From positions 36,919-100,918 of the forward strand of contig CAYIWY010000003.1 of the NCBI GenBank assembly GCA_964367355.1: 64,000 nucleotides of DNA, given 5' to 3'. Positions 29,220 through 40,686 of the stretch are shown one piece after another. A program made the position numbers and the translations under genes. The notes below the pieces were generated by a model, which was not told the origin of the DNA, ran no database searches, and saw nothing but the letters and a program-made list of their open reading frames with translations. The first letter of the stretch is position 1; the number at the start of each line of letters is the position of its first letter. This DNA is from an uncultured Gammaproteobacteria bacterium. GTDB taxonomy: Bacteria; Patescibacteriota; Microgenomatia; Woykebacterales; RBG-16-39-9b.

Positions 29220-31516
29220 TGGATAAAAAGCGTGTTCTACTAGTTGATTCACAGTTGTTCCAAAGCCATGCCTTGCATAGAGGGGTTGGAAAGTATTCCC
29301 AATCTTTACTTAAAGAACTTAATAAAAAGTCGGATTTATACGCTAAGAAAATATTGATATTTAATGACTCTGGTATAGATAAGCATGATTTTCAGAACAT
29401 TAAAAGAATCGCTAACAATTTTGATTTCGAATTTCTTGCTCTTCACCGTGCAGATACGAGTAGTTTTGAGCAGTATAGATCGATAGAAAAAATTAATAAA
29501 GAAACCCTGGATTTGTACATCAAAGACAACCTCCCAAATTATTTAGTCGACTTTTTGATATTATCTCTTTTTCAACACGATGAGTGCCCAACCTTCCCTA
29601 GCTTGAATGTTCGCAAATGTTTGTTACTATACGATTTAATCCCTTTGCTAGCACCAAATCTTTATCTAAGCGATCCCGGTGCTGCTACAATATACCTTTC
29701 AAGATACAAAGTTCTCTATGAAGCAGACCATTTTTTTACGATTTCACAAACAGTCGCGACTGATCTTTCTGTAAATTTAGGTATACCTAAAGAGCACATC
29801 ACGCCAATTTACGGAGCACCAATAAATCGAAAACTCTTTAAACCAAAACCTTTGAAAGAACTTGTAAATCAAAAATTTATTTTGTTACCTTCAGGTAATG
29901 ACCCCAGAAAAAATAACCCGCGTGCTGTTCTCGCATTTGAAGCCTTTAACCGAAAGCACGGTGGCCAGTTTATGCTAGTCATAACTTCGTTCTTTGATGA
30001 TAGAACCAAAAGCAAACTAAAAAATTTATGCGATCGGCTGGTTTTTACGGGTAATGTATCGGACGAGCATATGGCTTGGCTGTATAAAAACGCATCGTTG
30101 GTGTTGTTCCCTTCTACATTTGAGGGGCTGGGCATGCCCGTTTTGGAAGCAGTAGAATTTAGCAAGCCGGTTGTTTGTTCGAATCTAGATGTATTTAAGG
30201 AAATCAGCAAGACAGCTTTTAATTTCTGTGACCCTTACAAGGTTGAGAGTATAGAAAAAACAATCACTAAATCGTTTAGAAACGGGTTCAAGGTGGATGC
30301 CAGTTCCTATAAGGAAATACTAAAAGCCTACTCATGGGAAAAAACCGCAGAACTAGTTTTGAAAAAACTAAAAAAACCGTATATTACTCAACCACCTAAA
30401 GCTAAACTTAAAATCGCAATATTCGCCCCCACCCCGAGCGGGTATTCTGCGATAGGCAAATTTGTTCAAGAGCAACATTATGTGTTCTCCAGGTCGGCCG
30501 AAATAGATTATTATCTAGAAACAGGGTTCTCAGGCAAGGCTAAAGAAGTAAAGCTTAGGGAGAACCTTCTTCCTTTTATTACAAACTGCAAAGACCCCTG
30601 GCAGTTTAATGATAAAGAAAAAAATCAATACGATAAAGTAATCTACCATATTGGAAATAGTGAATATCACGTAGCAACCCTTATAAAAGCTCTCAGTTTT
30701 CCAGCAACTGTAGTAATACACGACCCAAATATCGAAGGTCTGTATGAGGTCTCACATAAGGAGGGCATGTTTGGAAAACAGCGACTCGAGGCGGAGCAAA
30801 GACTACAAGATTTAATTAAGCCAAAAGAGGCTAAATTCATCACAAGCCTGTTAAGCAAACAGGAAGAGATAATAGTTCACTCTGATCACGCTAAAGACGC
30901 GGTGGAAGAATCGTTGCCTGAAACTATTGAACAACGGCCTAATCTAGTCCGGCTGAACCTTACTACTCCGATACCCTACCATATTGATCTTGATACAAGA
31001 GGCAAAAAAGATATCCTAACCGTGGTAATTGCTGGCATAGTGCACGAAGCCAAAGGGCCAGAAATTGTTGAGGAGATAGCAAAACTTAAGCTTACTCAAA
31101 AATCATTAACTGTGAAAATAATTGGTTTTTCGCTTCTTTCCCAATCTACTGAGGAAAGAATCGCAAAAATTGATAACGTAGAGCTAATCTATTCTCCTTC
31201 AGATGCAAGATTTTTGTATGAATTACGTAACAGTGATGTTATCGTAAATTTTCGTTCTGATTATCAGGGAGAGCCGTCTCTTACAGTACTTGAAGCCATG
31301 AGGCAGGGTAAAGCAGTTATCGTTAACAAGCAAGGTTGGTTCGATAAGCTACCAAATGACTTAGTATACAAGGCAAGCACTAAGGACGAAGCTATAGATT
31401 TGATTTTAAAAGTTAGCAATGATGATCAATCAGTATCTGCTAAAAAACGTTGGCGCTATATAGAAAAGAACCATAATATTAGCGACTACATCAACACACT
31501 TATTAATGTCGAATAA
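29219..31516 (+). CDS. Two-domain GT4 glycosyltransferase
   Basis: EGLGMPVLEA, YHIGNSEYH, second EPSLTVLEA motif. Confidence 0.85.
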   Translation: MDKKRVLLVDSQLFQSHALHRGVGKYSQSLLKELNKKSDLYAKKILIFNDSGIDKHDFQNIKRIANNFDFEFLALHRADTSSFEQYRSIEKINKETLDLYIKDNLPNYLVDFLILSLFQHDECPTFPSLNVRKCLLLYDLIPLLAPNLYLSDPGAATIYLSRYKVLYEADHFFTISQTVATDLSVNLGIPKEHITPIYGAPINRKLFKPKPLKELVNQKFILLPSGNDPRKNNPRAVLAFEAFNRKHGGQFMLVITSFFDDRTKSKLKNLCDRLVFTGNVSDEHMAWLYKNASLVLFPSTFEGLGMPVLEAVEFSKPVVCSNLDVFKEISKTAFNFCDPYKVESIEKTITKSFRNGFKVDASSYKEILKAYSWEKTAELVLKKLKKPYITQPPKAKLKIAIFAPTPSGYSAIGKFVQEQHYVFSRSAEIDYYLETGFSGKAKEVKLRENLLPFITNCKDPWQFNDKEKNQYDKVIYHIGNSEYHVATLIKALSFPATVVIHDPNIEGLYEVSHKEGMFGKQRLEAEQRLQDLIKPKEAKFITSLLSKQEEIIVHSDHAKDAVEESLPETIEQRPNLVRLNLTTPIPYHIDLDTRGKKDILTVVIAGIVHEAKGPEIVEEIAKLKLTQKSLTVKIIGFSLLSQSTEERIAKIDNVELIYSPSDARFLYELRNSDVIVNFRSDYQGEPSLTVLEAMRQGKAVIVNKQGWFDKLPNDLVYKASTKDEAIDLILKVSNDDQSVSAKKRWRYIEKNHNISDYINTLINVE

Positions 31517-31542
31517 TTCAAGTACCTGGGCGGTTATAAAAG

Positions 31543-32841
31543 CTAACGTTTAGACTCTAGAGATTCAATCAGTTCAATAAACTTGGATGTTGTTCTCTGC
31601 CAAGAGAACTTTTTAGCTTGTTTCTTGCCTGCTGAAATGGTCTGCTTGCGAAGATTTTTATCAACAAGCAACCTTTTAATAATAAAGGCTATATCCTCTG
31701 CTACATTGGCATAGAGAGCAGCCCCACCTACTACTTCAGCTAATGATGGGTTATTGTAGCACACGACCGGACAACCTTGTTGCATAGCCTCTAATACTGG
31801 TAGCCCAAACCCTTCGTATAGCGTTGGATATACAAATGCAACAGCGTTTTGATAAAGCAGTTTTTTTTCTTCTGGAGTTACGAAACCCAATAAATAAATG
31901 TTGTCACTGTAAGAGGAACATTTCAGAGCCTCCCTAACGTCTTCGTTTGGTATAGTTTCCAGATCTTGTAAATCATAACCTGCAAGTACTAGAGCGCAGT
32001 CTATTCCTTCGGCTCGCAGGAGATTATAAGACAAGATCAAATCTTGAATGCGCCGACGAGGATCGACCCCACCGATGTACAGGATATAAGGTTTATCTTT
32101 TATGGATAGTGAACGATATCTTCTCTGGCTGGGGATAAATCGCCAGTCTAATGACCAAAAAAGTTTATCTTTTGGCTCGTTCCTTGTGACAGACATCAAT
32201 TCATCGGCTGCTAGAAGCAATGGTTTAATTTTCTGTTCATCTACATTGAGGTAATTTACCAAGTCGTGTTTGGTGTGCTCTGATATTGCCAGCACAAGAT
32301 CGGTTCGTTGCAAGGACTTGCGTAGGTGCCAAAAATAGCGAGATCGGTGAAACTGACCCTTAGCTGCCGCCATGACGCTTCTAGTATATGTCCATGTCTG
32401 ACTGAAGGTTGGTAGGTAGTATTCCTCAAATATTAGAGGTATGAGATCATATTTAATCAAAGCATTTTTAACTCCAGGGTGGTTTGGAACTCCAAGCAAA
32501 AAATCAAACTGAACAAATACATCTATGTGTTTAATCTCAGGCAAATGGTTGATCGAATTTGCTTTACGCCAAGAAGAGTAAAGTTTTTTTAGATACCTGA
32601 CTGGTTTCAATCGGTCATGCGGAGGGAGAATTTCTTTTGTATTAATAATGCGGTGAGAAATATTGTAGTCATTTAAAATAGTCGGTACTTGGTGATTCTC
32701 ATAAAGATAGAACACAAGCTCCCAATGTTTGATCTGGTCAGAGTTTTTCTGAAGCTGTGTGAGGATATTCTGTAAGCAAATACCAATACCTCTGTACTGG
32801 TGACCTATTTGTAGTGTTCGTAAATCAAAAGCCACCTTCAT
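31543..32841 (-). CDS. GT4 glycosyltransferase
   Basis: YEGFGLPVLEAM. Confidence 0.9.
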   Translation of the reverse strand: MKVAFDLRTLQIGHQYRGIGICLQNILTQLQKNSDQIKHWELVFYLYENHQVPTILNDYNISHRIINTKEILPPHDRLKPVRYLKKLYSSWRKANSINHLPEIKHIDVFVQFDFLLGVPNHPGVKNALIKYDLIPLIFEEYYLPTFSQTWTYTRSVMAAAKGQFHRSRYFWHLRKSLQRTDLVLAISEHTKHDLVNYLNVDEQKIKPLLLAADELMSVTRNEPKDKLFWSLDWRFIPSQRRYRSLSIKDKPYILYIGGVDPRRRIQDLILSYNLLRAEGIDCALVLAGYDLQDLETIPNEDVREALKCSSYSDNIYLLGFVTPEEKKLLYQNAVAFVYPTLYEGFGLPVLEAMQQGCPVVCYNNPSLAEVVGGAALYANVAEDIAFIIKRLLVDKNLRKQTISAGKKQAKKFSWQRTTSKFIELIESLESKR

Positions 32842-34010
32842 TCTAGTTGCAGTAAAGCCTTATAAATTTTTTGAGCACTTATGTCCCAGGAGAATTTTTG
32901 GGACTGGGAATACCCTTTTTCGACTAGAGAATCTCGGAGAGACTCATCGTCAAGCAATTTAATCATAGATTCAGTAAGTCCTTTCTCATCGGTGCTTTTT
33001 ACTAATATTCCTGCATTGCCGACTACCTCTGGCAAAGATGTATTGTCCGAAGTAATTACGGGCACACCGCACGACATTGCTTCCAGGGGCGGCATGCCGA
33101 AACCTTCGTAGTGGCTTGGGTATACAAGCATTGATGAACCTGAATAAACTGCTGGAATGTCTTCATCATCAACGTAAGATTTTGGGCGGGCAATGGTATA
33201 GCCATTTTGCTTGGCTTTTTTTATTTTGTCAAAAATATCTTCGTTCAACCAGCCGCTAGCACCTACAAGTAGCAAAGGTGCTTTATCAGAATAACTGCGT
33301 GGTAGTTTGGTGTATGCGTCAATCAAAGTAGTTATATTTTTGCGAGGCTCAATATTGCCCACAAACAATATGTAGTTATCTGGCAGTTCATAATTTCGCT
33401 TTACCCTATCAACTTCCCACTCGGAGCGTCGGTAGAAGTACTTCCTGTCTACCGCTGGGTAAGCCACTAAAACCTTAGCGGGATTGATATTATAGAATGA
33501 TATAAGCTCACTCTTTGTATAGTTTGAGATGGTTATGATCAAGTTTGATTCCTTGATTGTCTTGCGTACTACTTTTGATAAGTATTGGGCGTTATTAGCG
33601 TCCACATACTGTGGTACAATCTCAAAAGATATATCGTACACGATAGTAGCACTTTTAGACCTTAAAAGCGGGTAACTGGCGAAATTGGTGAAAAGATATG
33701 TGCCCTGGTCGAGCCATAAATCCAGTGGTATACCTGCATCAATGAGCTTTTGGGGGACCCAAGCGGGTGGTGTTTTGGTCTTTCGCTGAGTGTGTTCGAG
33801 ATGAAATTTGTCAAGGTGTTTTATTCTACTTCTCGAAGTAAAAAGCACTGTAGAGTAGCGACTTAGCCTCTGATTCTGGGATAGTATATTGTCGGGATGT
33901 CCAAGGTAGCGATCCCAAGCTTGAGCAATGCCCTTTACATAATGGCCCACACCGCTGAAGTGATCAGCGACCAATACGTTACATTCGAAATATATTTTTT
34001 TGTTGCGCAT
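32838..34010 (-). CDS. GT4 glycosyltransferase
   Basis: [17 protein letters not shown]. Confidence 0.9.
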   Translation of the reverse strand: MRNKKIYFECNVLVADHFSGVGHYVKGIAQAWDRYLGHPDNILSQNQRLSRYSTVLFTSRSRIKHLDKFHLEHTQRKTKTPPAWVPQKLIDAGIPLDLWLDQGTYLFTNFASYPLLRSKSATIVYDISFEIVPQYVDANNAQYLSKVVRKTIKESNLIITISNYTKSELISFYNINPAKVLVAYPAVDRKYFYRRSEWEVDRVKRNYELPDNYILFVGNIEPRKNITTLIDAYTKLPRSYSDKAPLLLVGASGWLNEDIFDKIKKAKQNGYTIARPKSYVDDEDIPAVYSGSSMLVYPSHYEGFGMPPLEAMSCGVPVITSDNTSLPEVVGNAGILVKSTDEKGLTESMIKLLDDESLRDSLVEKGYSQSQKFSWDISAQKIYKALLQLE

Positions 34011-34195
34011 AGATTAATGACATTTTAGCACTTAATTTCGTTTGTACCTATACTAGTATGCATAACTGCAATTGGTTTCTATGTTTTTGATCCTTCGATA
34101 TAGGTGGGCAGCTATCTAGCTGAATATTTCTCTCGTTGTTTTATATTATAACTCGACGGTCTATACAACAATGCCCGTTTGACAGTATCTAACTT

Positions 34196-35395
34196 ATGAA
34201 AATTGGAATCGACTTACGTCCGCTACAAGAGTACTCGAGATTTAGAGGAATCGGTACAGTCACTTATGAAATAACAAAGGGATTACTAAATAATTACCCA
34301 AAAGAGCAATACTTTTTCTATGTATATAAAGATTTACCTAATCCGGATTTACCAGAAATATTAAACAAGGGTACTGTGATTGGTTTTGATAAAAGTAGTA
34401 AAGATTATGTGGTAGAAAGTTTTCTTGCTAAATTAACAAAAAAAAAGTTAACTGTTTCGGAAAATATAGACGTTTTTCTGGCGACCGACCCATTAAAACA
34501 GATACCTGATGGGAAATTTAGGAAAGTTGTAATTTTTTATGACATTATTCACCTGCTTTTTACTCAGAAATATCTTCAAACACCAACAGGGAATTTTGCG
34601 ATAAATATAATTAAATTGCTTAAACTCATAAGATTTATGTTTGCAAGAAGGGTTTTGACCAAAAAGTTAGGCGAGGCCTCAAAAGCGGATAAAATTTTAG
34701 CAATATCTCAGACGACAAAGCACGATATTGTCAGTTATTTTAAAATCCCAGATGAAAACGTCGTAGTAATGCATCTCGCTGCATCTGACGTATTTAGAAA
34801 AATTGATGGTATAGACAAAAAACCACTACTTAAAAAATATCATCTTAAAGAGCCGTTTATCCTCTATGTTGGTGGACTTGACTATCGAAAAAATGTTTTA
34901 AATTTACTAAAGGCAGTTGTATTGATAAGAGAAAAAGATGGGTTTCCTTATCAACTTGTTATTATTGGAAAAGATGTCAGTAGAAAAAATATGCCTGAAG
35001 CTCTAGAAATAAAAGGATTTATTGCTAAAGAAAATCTTTGGTCAAATGTAAAATTGATTGATTTTGTTACGGGAGATGAATTAATAAAATTTTACAATCT
35101 TGCCAAAATATTTGTCTTTCCTTCACTTTATGAAGGGTATGGTCTGCCTGTTTTGGAAGCAATGCAGTGCGGTACTCCAGTTGCCTGTTCTAACATTCTG
35201 TCAGTTAAAGAAGTTGCAGGGGACGCTGCTCTTTACTTCGATCCTGATACTACTGAAAATATGTCTAAGGAAATAAACACACTAATAAATAATGTAGATC
35301 TCAGAGAAGAGTTAAGAAAAAAAGGTTTACAACAAGCAAAAAAATTTTCCTGGAAAAAAGCCGCAGACGTCGCATACGATTCTTTCAAGCGGTAG
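34196..35395 (+). CDS. GT4 glycosyltransferase
   Basis: MKIGIDLR, YEGYGLPVLEAM. Confidence 0.9.
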   Translation: MKIGIDLRPLQEYSRFRGIGTVTYEITKGLLNNYPKEQYFFYVYKDLPNPDLPEILNKGTVIGFDKSSKDYVVESFLAKLTKKKLTVSENIDVFLATDPLKQIPDGKFRKVVIFYDIIHLLFTQKYLQTPTGNFAINIIKLLKLIRFMFARRVLTKKLGEASKADKILAISQTTKHDIVSYFKIPDENVVVMHLAASDVFRKIDGIDKKPLLKKYHLKEPFILYVGGLDYRKNVLNLLKAVVLIREKDGFPYQLVIIGKDVSRKNMPEALEIKGFIAKENLWSNVKLIDFVTGDELIKFYNLAKIFVFPSLYEGYGLPVLEAMQCGTPVACSNILSVKEVAGDAALYFDPDTTENMSKEINTLINNVDLREELRKKGLQQAKKFSWKKAADVAYDSFKR

Positions 35396-35434
35396 ATTTG
35401 TTTATTAAATACTGATATATTAAATTCCAAAACT

Positions 35435-36373
35435 ATGAAAGCTTTAATTACTGGAATCTCTGGTTTTGCTGGTACCTACCTTTCTGACCTTCTTTTAAAA
35501 GAGGGTTATGAGGTTAGTGGTACAGTAAAACCTGATGCAATTGAAAAGAGATCAGAAAGAGATGATGTTTCACTATATAGTGGCAATTTATTGGATCAGA
35601 AATTTATTGAAAAAGTAATCAGAAAGGCAAATCCTGATATTGTTTTTCACCTAGCCTCCTATACAAGTTCGGTTGTAAGTTTTTCCGCTCCCGCAGAAAC
35701 CTTAACTAATAATATTGGAATAACAGTAAATTTACTAGAAACTTTAAAATCAATGAGTACAAAAGTGCTTTTAGTTGGTTCATCTGAAGAGTATGGGGTA
35801 GTCAAAGATAATGAGAACCCCGTCTCTGAAAACAACCCTTTTCGCCCGACCAATCCATATGCTGTTTCAAAAATTACCCAGGATTTTCTAGGTTTGCAGT
35901 ACCATCTGAGTAATAGAATGAATATTGTACGAGTGCGCCCAGGTAATCATATTGGACCTGGACAAAGACCAGACTTTGTAGTTTCTGCTTTTGCCAAACA
36001 AATTGCTTTGATTGAAGCTGGAAAACAAAATCCGCTAATTAAGGTTGGAAATCTTGAAGCCGAGCGTGATTTTACTGACGTAAGAGATATAGTTAGAGCA
36101 TACTTATTGGCAGTATTAAAAGGTAAACCTGGGGATGTCTATAATTTAGGATCAGGTAAATCTGTTAAGATAGGTACTATCTTAGAATCACTCATTAAAC
36201 TTTCAACTGCCAATTTAAAAGTTGAGCAAGATAGTTCAAGAAAAAGAATTGTTGACGTTCCCAAGATAGTAATTGATTATTCCAAGTTTAATAAAATTTC
36301 GAAATGGAAACCGGAAATAACACTCAGTCAGTCATTACAAGATATTCTTGATTACTGGAGGAAAAATGTCTAA
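35435..36373 (+). CDS. rmd: GDP-4-keto-6-deoxy-D-mannose reductase (Rmd-like)
   Basis: [37 protein letters not shown]; adjacent to gmd. Confidence 0.7.
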   Translation: MKALITGISGFAGTYLSDLLLKEGYEVSGTVKPDAIEKRSERDDVSLYSGNLLDQKFIEKVIRKANPDIVFHLASYTSSVVSFSAPAETLTNNIGITVNLLETLKSMSTKVLLVGSSEEYGVVKDNENPVSENNPFRPTNPYAVSKITQDFLGLQYHLSNRMNIVRVRPGNHIGPGQRPDFVVSAFAKQIALIEAGKQNPLIKVGNLEAERDFTDVRDIVRAYLLAVLKGKPGDVYNLGSGKSVKIGTILESLIKLSTANLKVEQDSSRKRIVDVPKIVIDYSKFNKISKWKPEITLSQSLQDILDYWRKNV

Positions 36374-37346
36374 AAACAAACAAAAAATTGCTTTAATTAC
36401 TGGTATTACCGGTCAGGATGGGTCTTATTTGGCTGAGTTTTTACTGGAAAAAGGTTATAAAGTTTACGGAATGACCAGACGAACTAGCACAACCAACATA
36501 GATCGTATCAAACAAATTGAAGACAAAATAGAACTAGTGCAAGGAGATTTGTTGGATCAGCATTCGATAACCACTATTATCAACGAAATAAAGCCTGATG
36601 AAGTTTATAATTTGGCGGCTCAGTCTTTTGTCCCAACTAGTTGGAACCAACCTGTTTTGACAGGTGAGTTTACAGCACTTGGTGTAACTCGAGTACTTGA
36701 GGCAATAAGATTAGTTAAACCAGATACAAAAGTTTACCAAGCTTCATCCTCAGAAATGTTTGGGAAGGTTGTTGAAACCCCTCAATCTGAAAAAACCCCT
36801 TTTTACCCAAGAAGTCCTTATGGTGTCGCCAAAGCTTATGGACACTGGATCACAGTAAATTATCGAGAATCTTATAATATTTTTGCTGTTGCGGGAATTT
36901 TATTTAATCACGAATCACCCAGAAGGGGATTAGAATTTGTTACTAGGAAAATTTCACATTCAGTTGCTCGGATATCACTAAAAAAACAAGATAAAATTCA
37001 TTTAGGAAATATAGAGGCACAGCGGGATTGGGGTTTTGCTGGAGACTATGTTGAAGCGATGTGGCTAATGCTGCAACAAGAGAAACCTGTGGATTTTGTT
37101 ATCGGTACCGGAGAGACACATTCGGTCAGAGAATTTCTCGAAATTGCCTTTGCGGTAGTTGGAATTAAGGACTGGAAAAAATATATTGTTCAGGACAAAG
37201 CTTTTATGAGGCCGGCAGAAGTTGATCAGTTGATCGCAGATCCGACTAAAGCAAAAAAGATTCTCAAATGGGAACCAAAGGTTAGCTTCGATAAGCTGGT
37301 TGAAATGATGGTAAAAGAAGATATTAAGTTAGAAGAGAGTAAATAA
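36366..37346 (+). CDS. gmd: GDP-mannose 4,6-dehydratase
   Basis: [36 protein letters not shown]. Confidence 0.95.
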   Translation: MSKNKQKIALITGITGQDGSYLAEFLLEKGYKVYGMTRRTSTTNIDRIKQIEDKIELVQGDLLDQHSITTIINEIKPDEVYNLAAQSFVPTSWNQPVLTGEFTALGVTRVLEAIRLVKPDTKVYQASSSEMFGKVVETPQSEKTPFYPRSPYGVAKAYGHWITVNYRESYNIFAVAGILFNHESPRRGLEFVTRKISHSVARISLKKQDKIHLGNIEAQRDWGFAGDYVEAMWLMLQQEKPVDFVIGTGETHSVREFLEIAFAVVGIKDWKKYIVQDKAFMRPAEVDQLIADPTKAKKILKWEPKVSFDKLVEMMVKEDIKLEESK

Positions 37347-37378
37347 GAATATTCTCCTTAAAATTTACTAGAAAAATT

Positions 37379-37450
37379 ATGCGTGTTGGTATTGATGCTC
37401 GGTTTTTGGGTCCGGATGGAACTGGAATTGGACCACAGGAGCCAAATTAG
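37379..37450 (+). pseudogene. Displaced 5' end of the GT4 at 38341 (MRVGIDARFLGPDGTGIG then PQEPN*)
   Basis: First 18 codons match MKIGIDARFLGPDGTGIG with mostly synonymous changes. Confidence 0.9.
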
Positions 37451-37574
37451 TTCTAAAAAACAAAATCTCGCTTAGCTGGAGCTCATATGGGATAATCTGG
37501 TTAGATGTGGGGGAAGATCGAGAAAAATCACTTCGAATTGACATCAATAAGAATATCATTTATGGTAATACCAT

Positions 37575-37844
37575 ATGTCAAAAGTAAGTGCAAGAGTAAT
37601 CGGTGTTACTAAAATAACCTCCAAGGGTCAGGTGACTATACCGCAGTCTATTCGACGTAGCCTGTCTTTGAAGACGGGCGACAGTCTTGTAGTTGATCTG
37701 GAAAAAAATAAAGTTAATTTGACACCCCTACCAAGAAAATCACTTGAGGAAATTTACGGTAGTTTGCCGGTTCAGGAACCCATTAACTTCAAAAAAGTAA
37801 GAAAAGCATTTAAGGAAGAAGTAGCCAAAAGGCATTCTCGGTAG
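37575..37844 (+). CDS. AbrB/MazE-type antitoxin
   Basis: ITSKGQVTIPQSIRRSL..GD. Confidence 0.9.
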   Translation: MSKVSARVIGVTKITSKGQVTIPQSIRRSLSLKTGDSLVVDLEKNKVNLTPLPRKSLEEIYGSLPVQEPINFKKVRKAFKEEVAKRHSR

Positions 37845-37847
37845 GGT

Positions 37848-38261
37848 ATGAAGAAGTATTTATTGGATACTAATATTTTCTTAAGGTTTTTGACTAAAGA
37901 CGATCCAATAAAATCAGAAAAAATCTTAGCGTTTTTTCAAAAGGCGGAAAGAGGAGATATCAAACTTAGTACTTCAGATTTGATTGTAGCCGAAGTAGTT
38001 TGGGTACTTACTTCAAAAAAACTTTTCAATTTCTCGAGGAAACAAATTTACGACAGTTTTCTTCCACTTCTCCTAAAAGACTACTTAGAAATATCGTCTA
38101 AGGTAATGTTGCTGAAGATATTTGATTTGTTTATTGAAAAAAGTATTGATTTCATTGATTGTTATAATGCTGTTTTGGTTGGTGAATCAAACGAAAGGTT
38201 TATTTTGAGCTATGATGGGGATTTTGATAAAGTACCTTTCGTTGTGAGGGTTGAGCCTTGA
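37848..38261 (+). CDS. VapC/PIN toxin
   Basis: LDTNIFLR..E..DFIDC..SYDGDFD. Confidence 0.9.
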   Translation: MKKYLLDTNIFLRFLTKDDPIKSEKILAFFQKAERGDIKLSTSDLIVAEVVWVLTSKKLFNFSRKQIYDSFLPLLLKDYLEISSKVMLLKIFDLFIEKSIDFIDCYNAVLVGESNERFILSYDGDFDKVPFVVRVEP

Positions 38262-38344
38262 AAGTAAGAACCTTCTCACATTCGTTCGAAGAACCCTGCA
38301 TTCACAAAATGAAAATAGCTCATAGAAACAGAGGAGCCTTGTGA
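38258..38344 (+). repeat. 87-nt start-coupled element, copy 1
   Basis: Homologous to 45340-45426 and 60935-61021. Confidence 0.7.
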
Positions 38345-39474
38345 AAATTGGAATCGACGCTCGATTTTTAGGACCAGACGGGACTGGAATTGGGCGCTAC
38401 GTTGAAAAATTGCTGGAAAATTTGGAAAAACTCGATACTCAAAACGAGTATTTTGTTTTCCTGCGAAAAAGTAACTTTCCGCTTTACAATCCAAAAAACA
38501 GAAACTTCACAAAAGTAACCGTTGACGCTCACTGGTACTCCTTAAAAGAGCAGGTGATAATGCCGGCTGTTTTGAATAAATTAAAACTTGATTTAGTCCA
38601 TTTTCCTCATTTCAATATCCCACTTCTTTACAGCGGCAAGTTTTTGGTCACTATCCACGATTTGACTAAGACAAAATTTGGTCGGGGAGCTGCCAGTTCT
38701 AAGAGCCTACCTGTTTATTGGACAAAAAATAATATTTATAAATTTACGATCAACCAAGCACTGAAGCGGGCAGAGAGAATCTTGGTTCCCAGTAATTTTG
38801 TTAAAAATGAAATTGCCAAGGAAAACAAAAATTTGGAAAGAAAGATTACAGTCACCTACGAAGCAGCTGATGATTTTGCCAATAATCATGTTGAGCCAAG
38901 CGAGGGTCGGGTTAAAGAAATTTACAATAAATTTGGGATAAGAGAGCCGTTTATTATTTATGTTGGTAATACCTATTCTTACAAAAATGTTCAGATTATT
39001 CTTGAAGCACTGCCAAAACTTGACCAAAATATAAAATTTGTTTGTGTTTCATCTAGGAATTCTCAATTGGAAGCGCTAATTCATAAAGCACAAAGTTTGG
39101 GGTTGAAAGATCGACTAATCACAACCGGATACCTTAGTGACCAGGATTTGGGAATACTTTTTTCTCAAGCAGTTTGTTTTGTGTTCCCATCCTTGTCCGA
39201 GGGTTTTGGCTTAACCGGGCTTGAAGCCATGGCTAGCGGTTGTCCGGTGATTGCTGCAAAAGTAAGTAGTTTACCGGAGGTTTACGGCGAAGCCGCCCTT
39301 TACTTTAATCCAAAATCTGACAAAGACTTAGCGGAAAACATAAACGAGCTTCTTAAGAATAAATTGTTAAGGTCTAAAATGGTCGAGAAAGGGCTAAAGA
39401 AGGTCAGAGAATATTACTGGCGAGATACTGCCAGGCAAACATTGTCTGTCTATAAAGAAATTTTAGGTCAGTAG
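38341..39474 (+). CDS. GT4 glycosyltransferase
   Basis: IGIDAR..GIGRY, HFPHFN, SEGFGLTGLEAM. Confidence 0.9.
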   Translation: MKIGIDARFLGPDGTGIGRYVEKLLENLEKLDTQNEYFVFLRKSNFPLYNPKNRNFTKVTVDAHWYSLKEQVIMPAVLNKLKLDLVHFPHFNIPLLYSGKFLVTIHDLTKTKFGRGAASSKSLPVYWTKNNIYKFTINQALKRAERILVPSNFVKNEIAKENKNLERKITVTYEAADDFANNHVEPSEGRVKEIYNKFGIREPFIIYVGNTYSYKNVQIILEALPKLDQNIKFVCVSSRNSQLEALIHKAQSLGLKDRLITTGYLSDQDLGILFSQAVCFVFPSLSEGFGLTGLEAMASGCPVIAAKVSSLPEVYGEAALYFNPKSDKDLAENINELLKNKLLRSKMVEKGLKKVREYYWRDTARQTLSVYKEILGQ

Positions 39475-39484
39475 TTTAAAGTTT

Positions 39485-40390
39485 ATGAAGAAAAGTTCGA
39501 AAATAGGTTTCTTTATCAAAATACTTTTTGTTTTTCTGCTGGTAATTGCTGGTTTTTTAAGTCTGCTGAAAGAAACAGTTTTTGTAATCAGAAAAGCAGA
39601 AACTCCATCCGTTGAAAATGTTTTGGGTAAAAGTACACAGGTACAGCAACTTTATTCCGAGAGTTTAAAATCGGAAATTACTCCAGTGTCGATCCATTCG
39701 GCTACTGACTACGCGGCCCGTGTACCGGTTTTGATGTATCATTATATACGATCGGGAATTTCGGCTGCAGATACACTTGCCTATGGTTTATCAATCAGCC
39801 CCGAACAACTTGACCAACAGCTTTCTTTCATAGAGCAAAATGGGTATCAGACGATTAGTTTAAATGATTTATCAGATGCACTGGAGAACAAAACTCCTCT
39901 GCCGCCAAGATCAGTTATTTTGACCTTTGATGATGGGTACCGTGATTTTTATACAACAGCCTTCCCCTTGCTTAAAAAATACAATCTGCGCGCAGTGAGT
40001 TTTTATGTTGTCGGTTATTCCAATTATCCGGGGTATATGAACTGGGATATGGTCAGCGAGATTCACAAATCAGGATTAATCGATGTTGAAAGTCACACCT
40101 TGGGTCATTTGATGTTGACTCAGTTAACCCCAGAGCAAGCGAAAAATGAAATTTTTGAAAGCAAAAGAATTCTGGAGGAAAAATTAAACAAAAAAGTAAA
40201 TTTCTTTGCTTATCCTTACGGCGATTCAAATGAGGGGATTGTTAATCTAGTTGCACAAGCTGGCTATAAACTTGCTTTTGGCACCAGAGTTGGATCAGAT
40301 TTACACACGGGCGAAAAATTAACTTTAAAAAGAGTTCCGGTCAACGGCTTTGATAGTTTTGACGTTTTCAAAGCCAAACTGGATAATTGA
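39485..40390 (+). CDS. Polysaccharide deacetylase (CE4), membrane-anchored
   Basis: PVLMYH, LTFDDGY, SHTLGH, FAYPYG. Confidence 0.9.
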   Translation: MKKSSKIGFFIKILFVFLLVIAGFLSLLKETVFVIRKAETPSVENVLGKSTQVQQLYSESLKSEITPVSIHSATDYAARVPVLMYHYIRSGISAADTLAYGLSISPEQLDQQLSFIEQNGYQTISLNDLSDALENKTPLPPRSVILTFDDGYRDFYTTAFPLLKKYNLRAVSFYVVGYSNYPGYMNWDMVSEIHKSGLIDVESHTLGHLMLTQLTPEQAKNEIFESKRILEEKLNKKVNFFAYPYGDSNEGIVNLVAQAGYKLAFGTRVGSDLHTGEKLTLKRVPVNGFDSFDVFKAKLDN

Positions 40391-40420
40391 CTCGGGTATC
40401 TAATAGATGATCCGACTATA

Positions 40421-40686
40421 TTAGTAGACTTGGTTATGAGTGCCTATATCAAGCAGAATTATATAGTTTTCGGAAACTTTCAAATAAACAATACGAATAT
40501 CGCCAGCTATAGAAAAGGCTCTTAGATTGTTTTTAGTACCTTTTAATTGATGATTCTTAAGAATCGGGTCGTTTGAACTATCTTGAAAAAGTTGGATTCT
40601 TTGGGCTGTTTTTAGTACCAGTTTGGATTGTTTGAAATGCGCTTTTTGTAGGATTTATTGAAATCAGGGTGGAGTTCAATTTTCAT
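40421..40686 (-). pseudogene. YafQ/RelE-family toxin, frameshifted
   Basis: MKIELHPDF..NP then a -1 slip; other frame continues LKNHQLKG..RAFSIAGDIRIVY..DIGTHNQVY*; length 266 nt. Confidence 0.8.
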
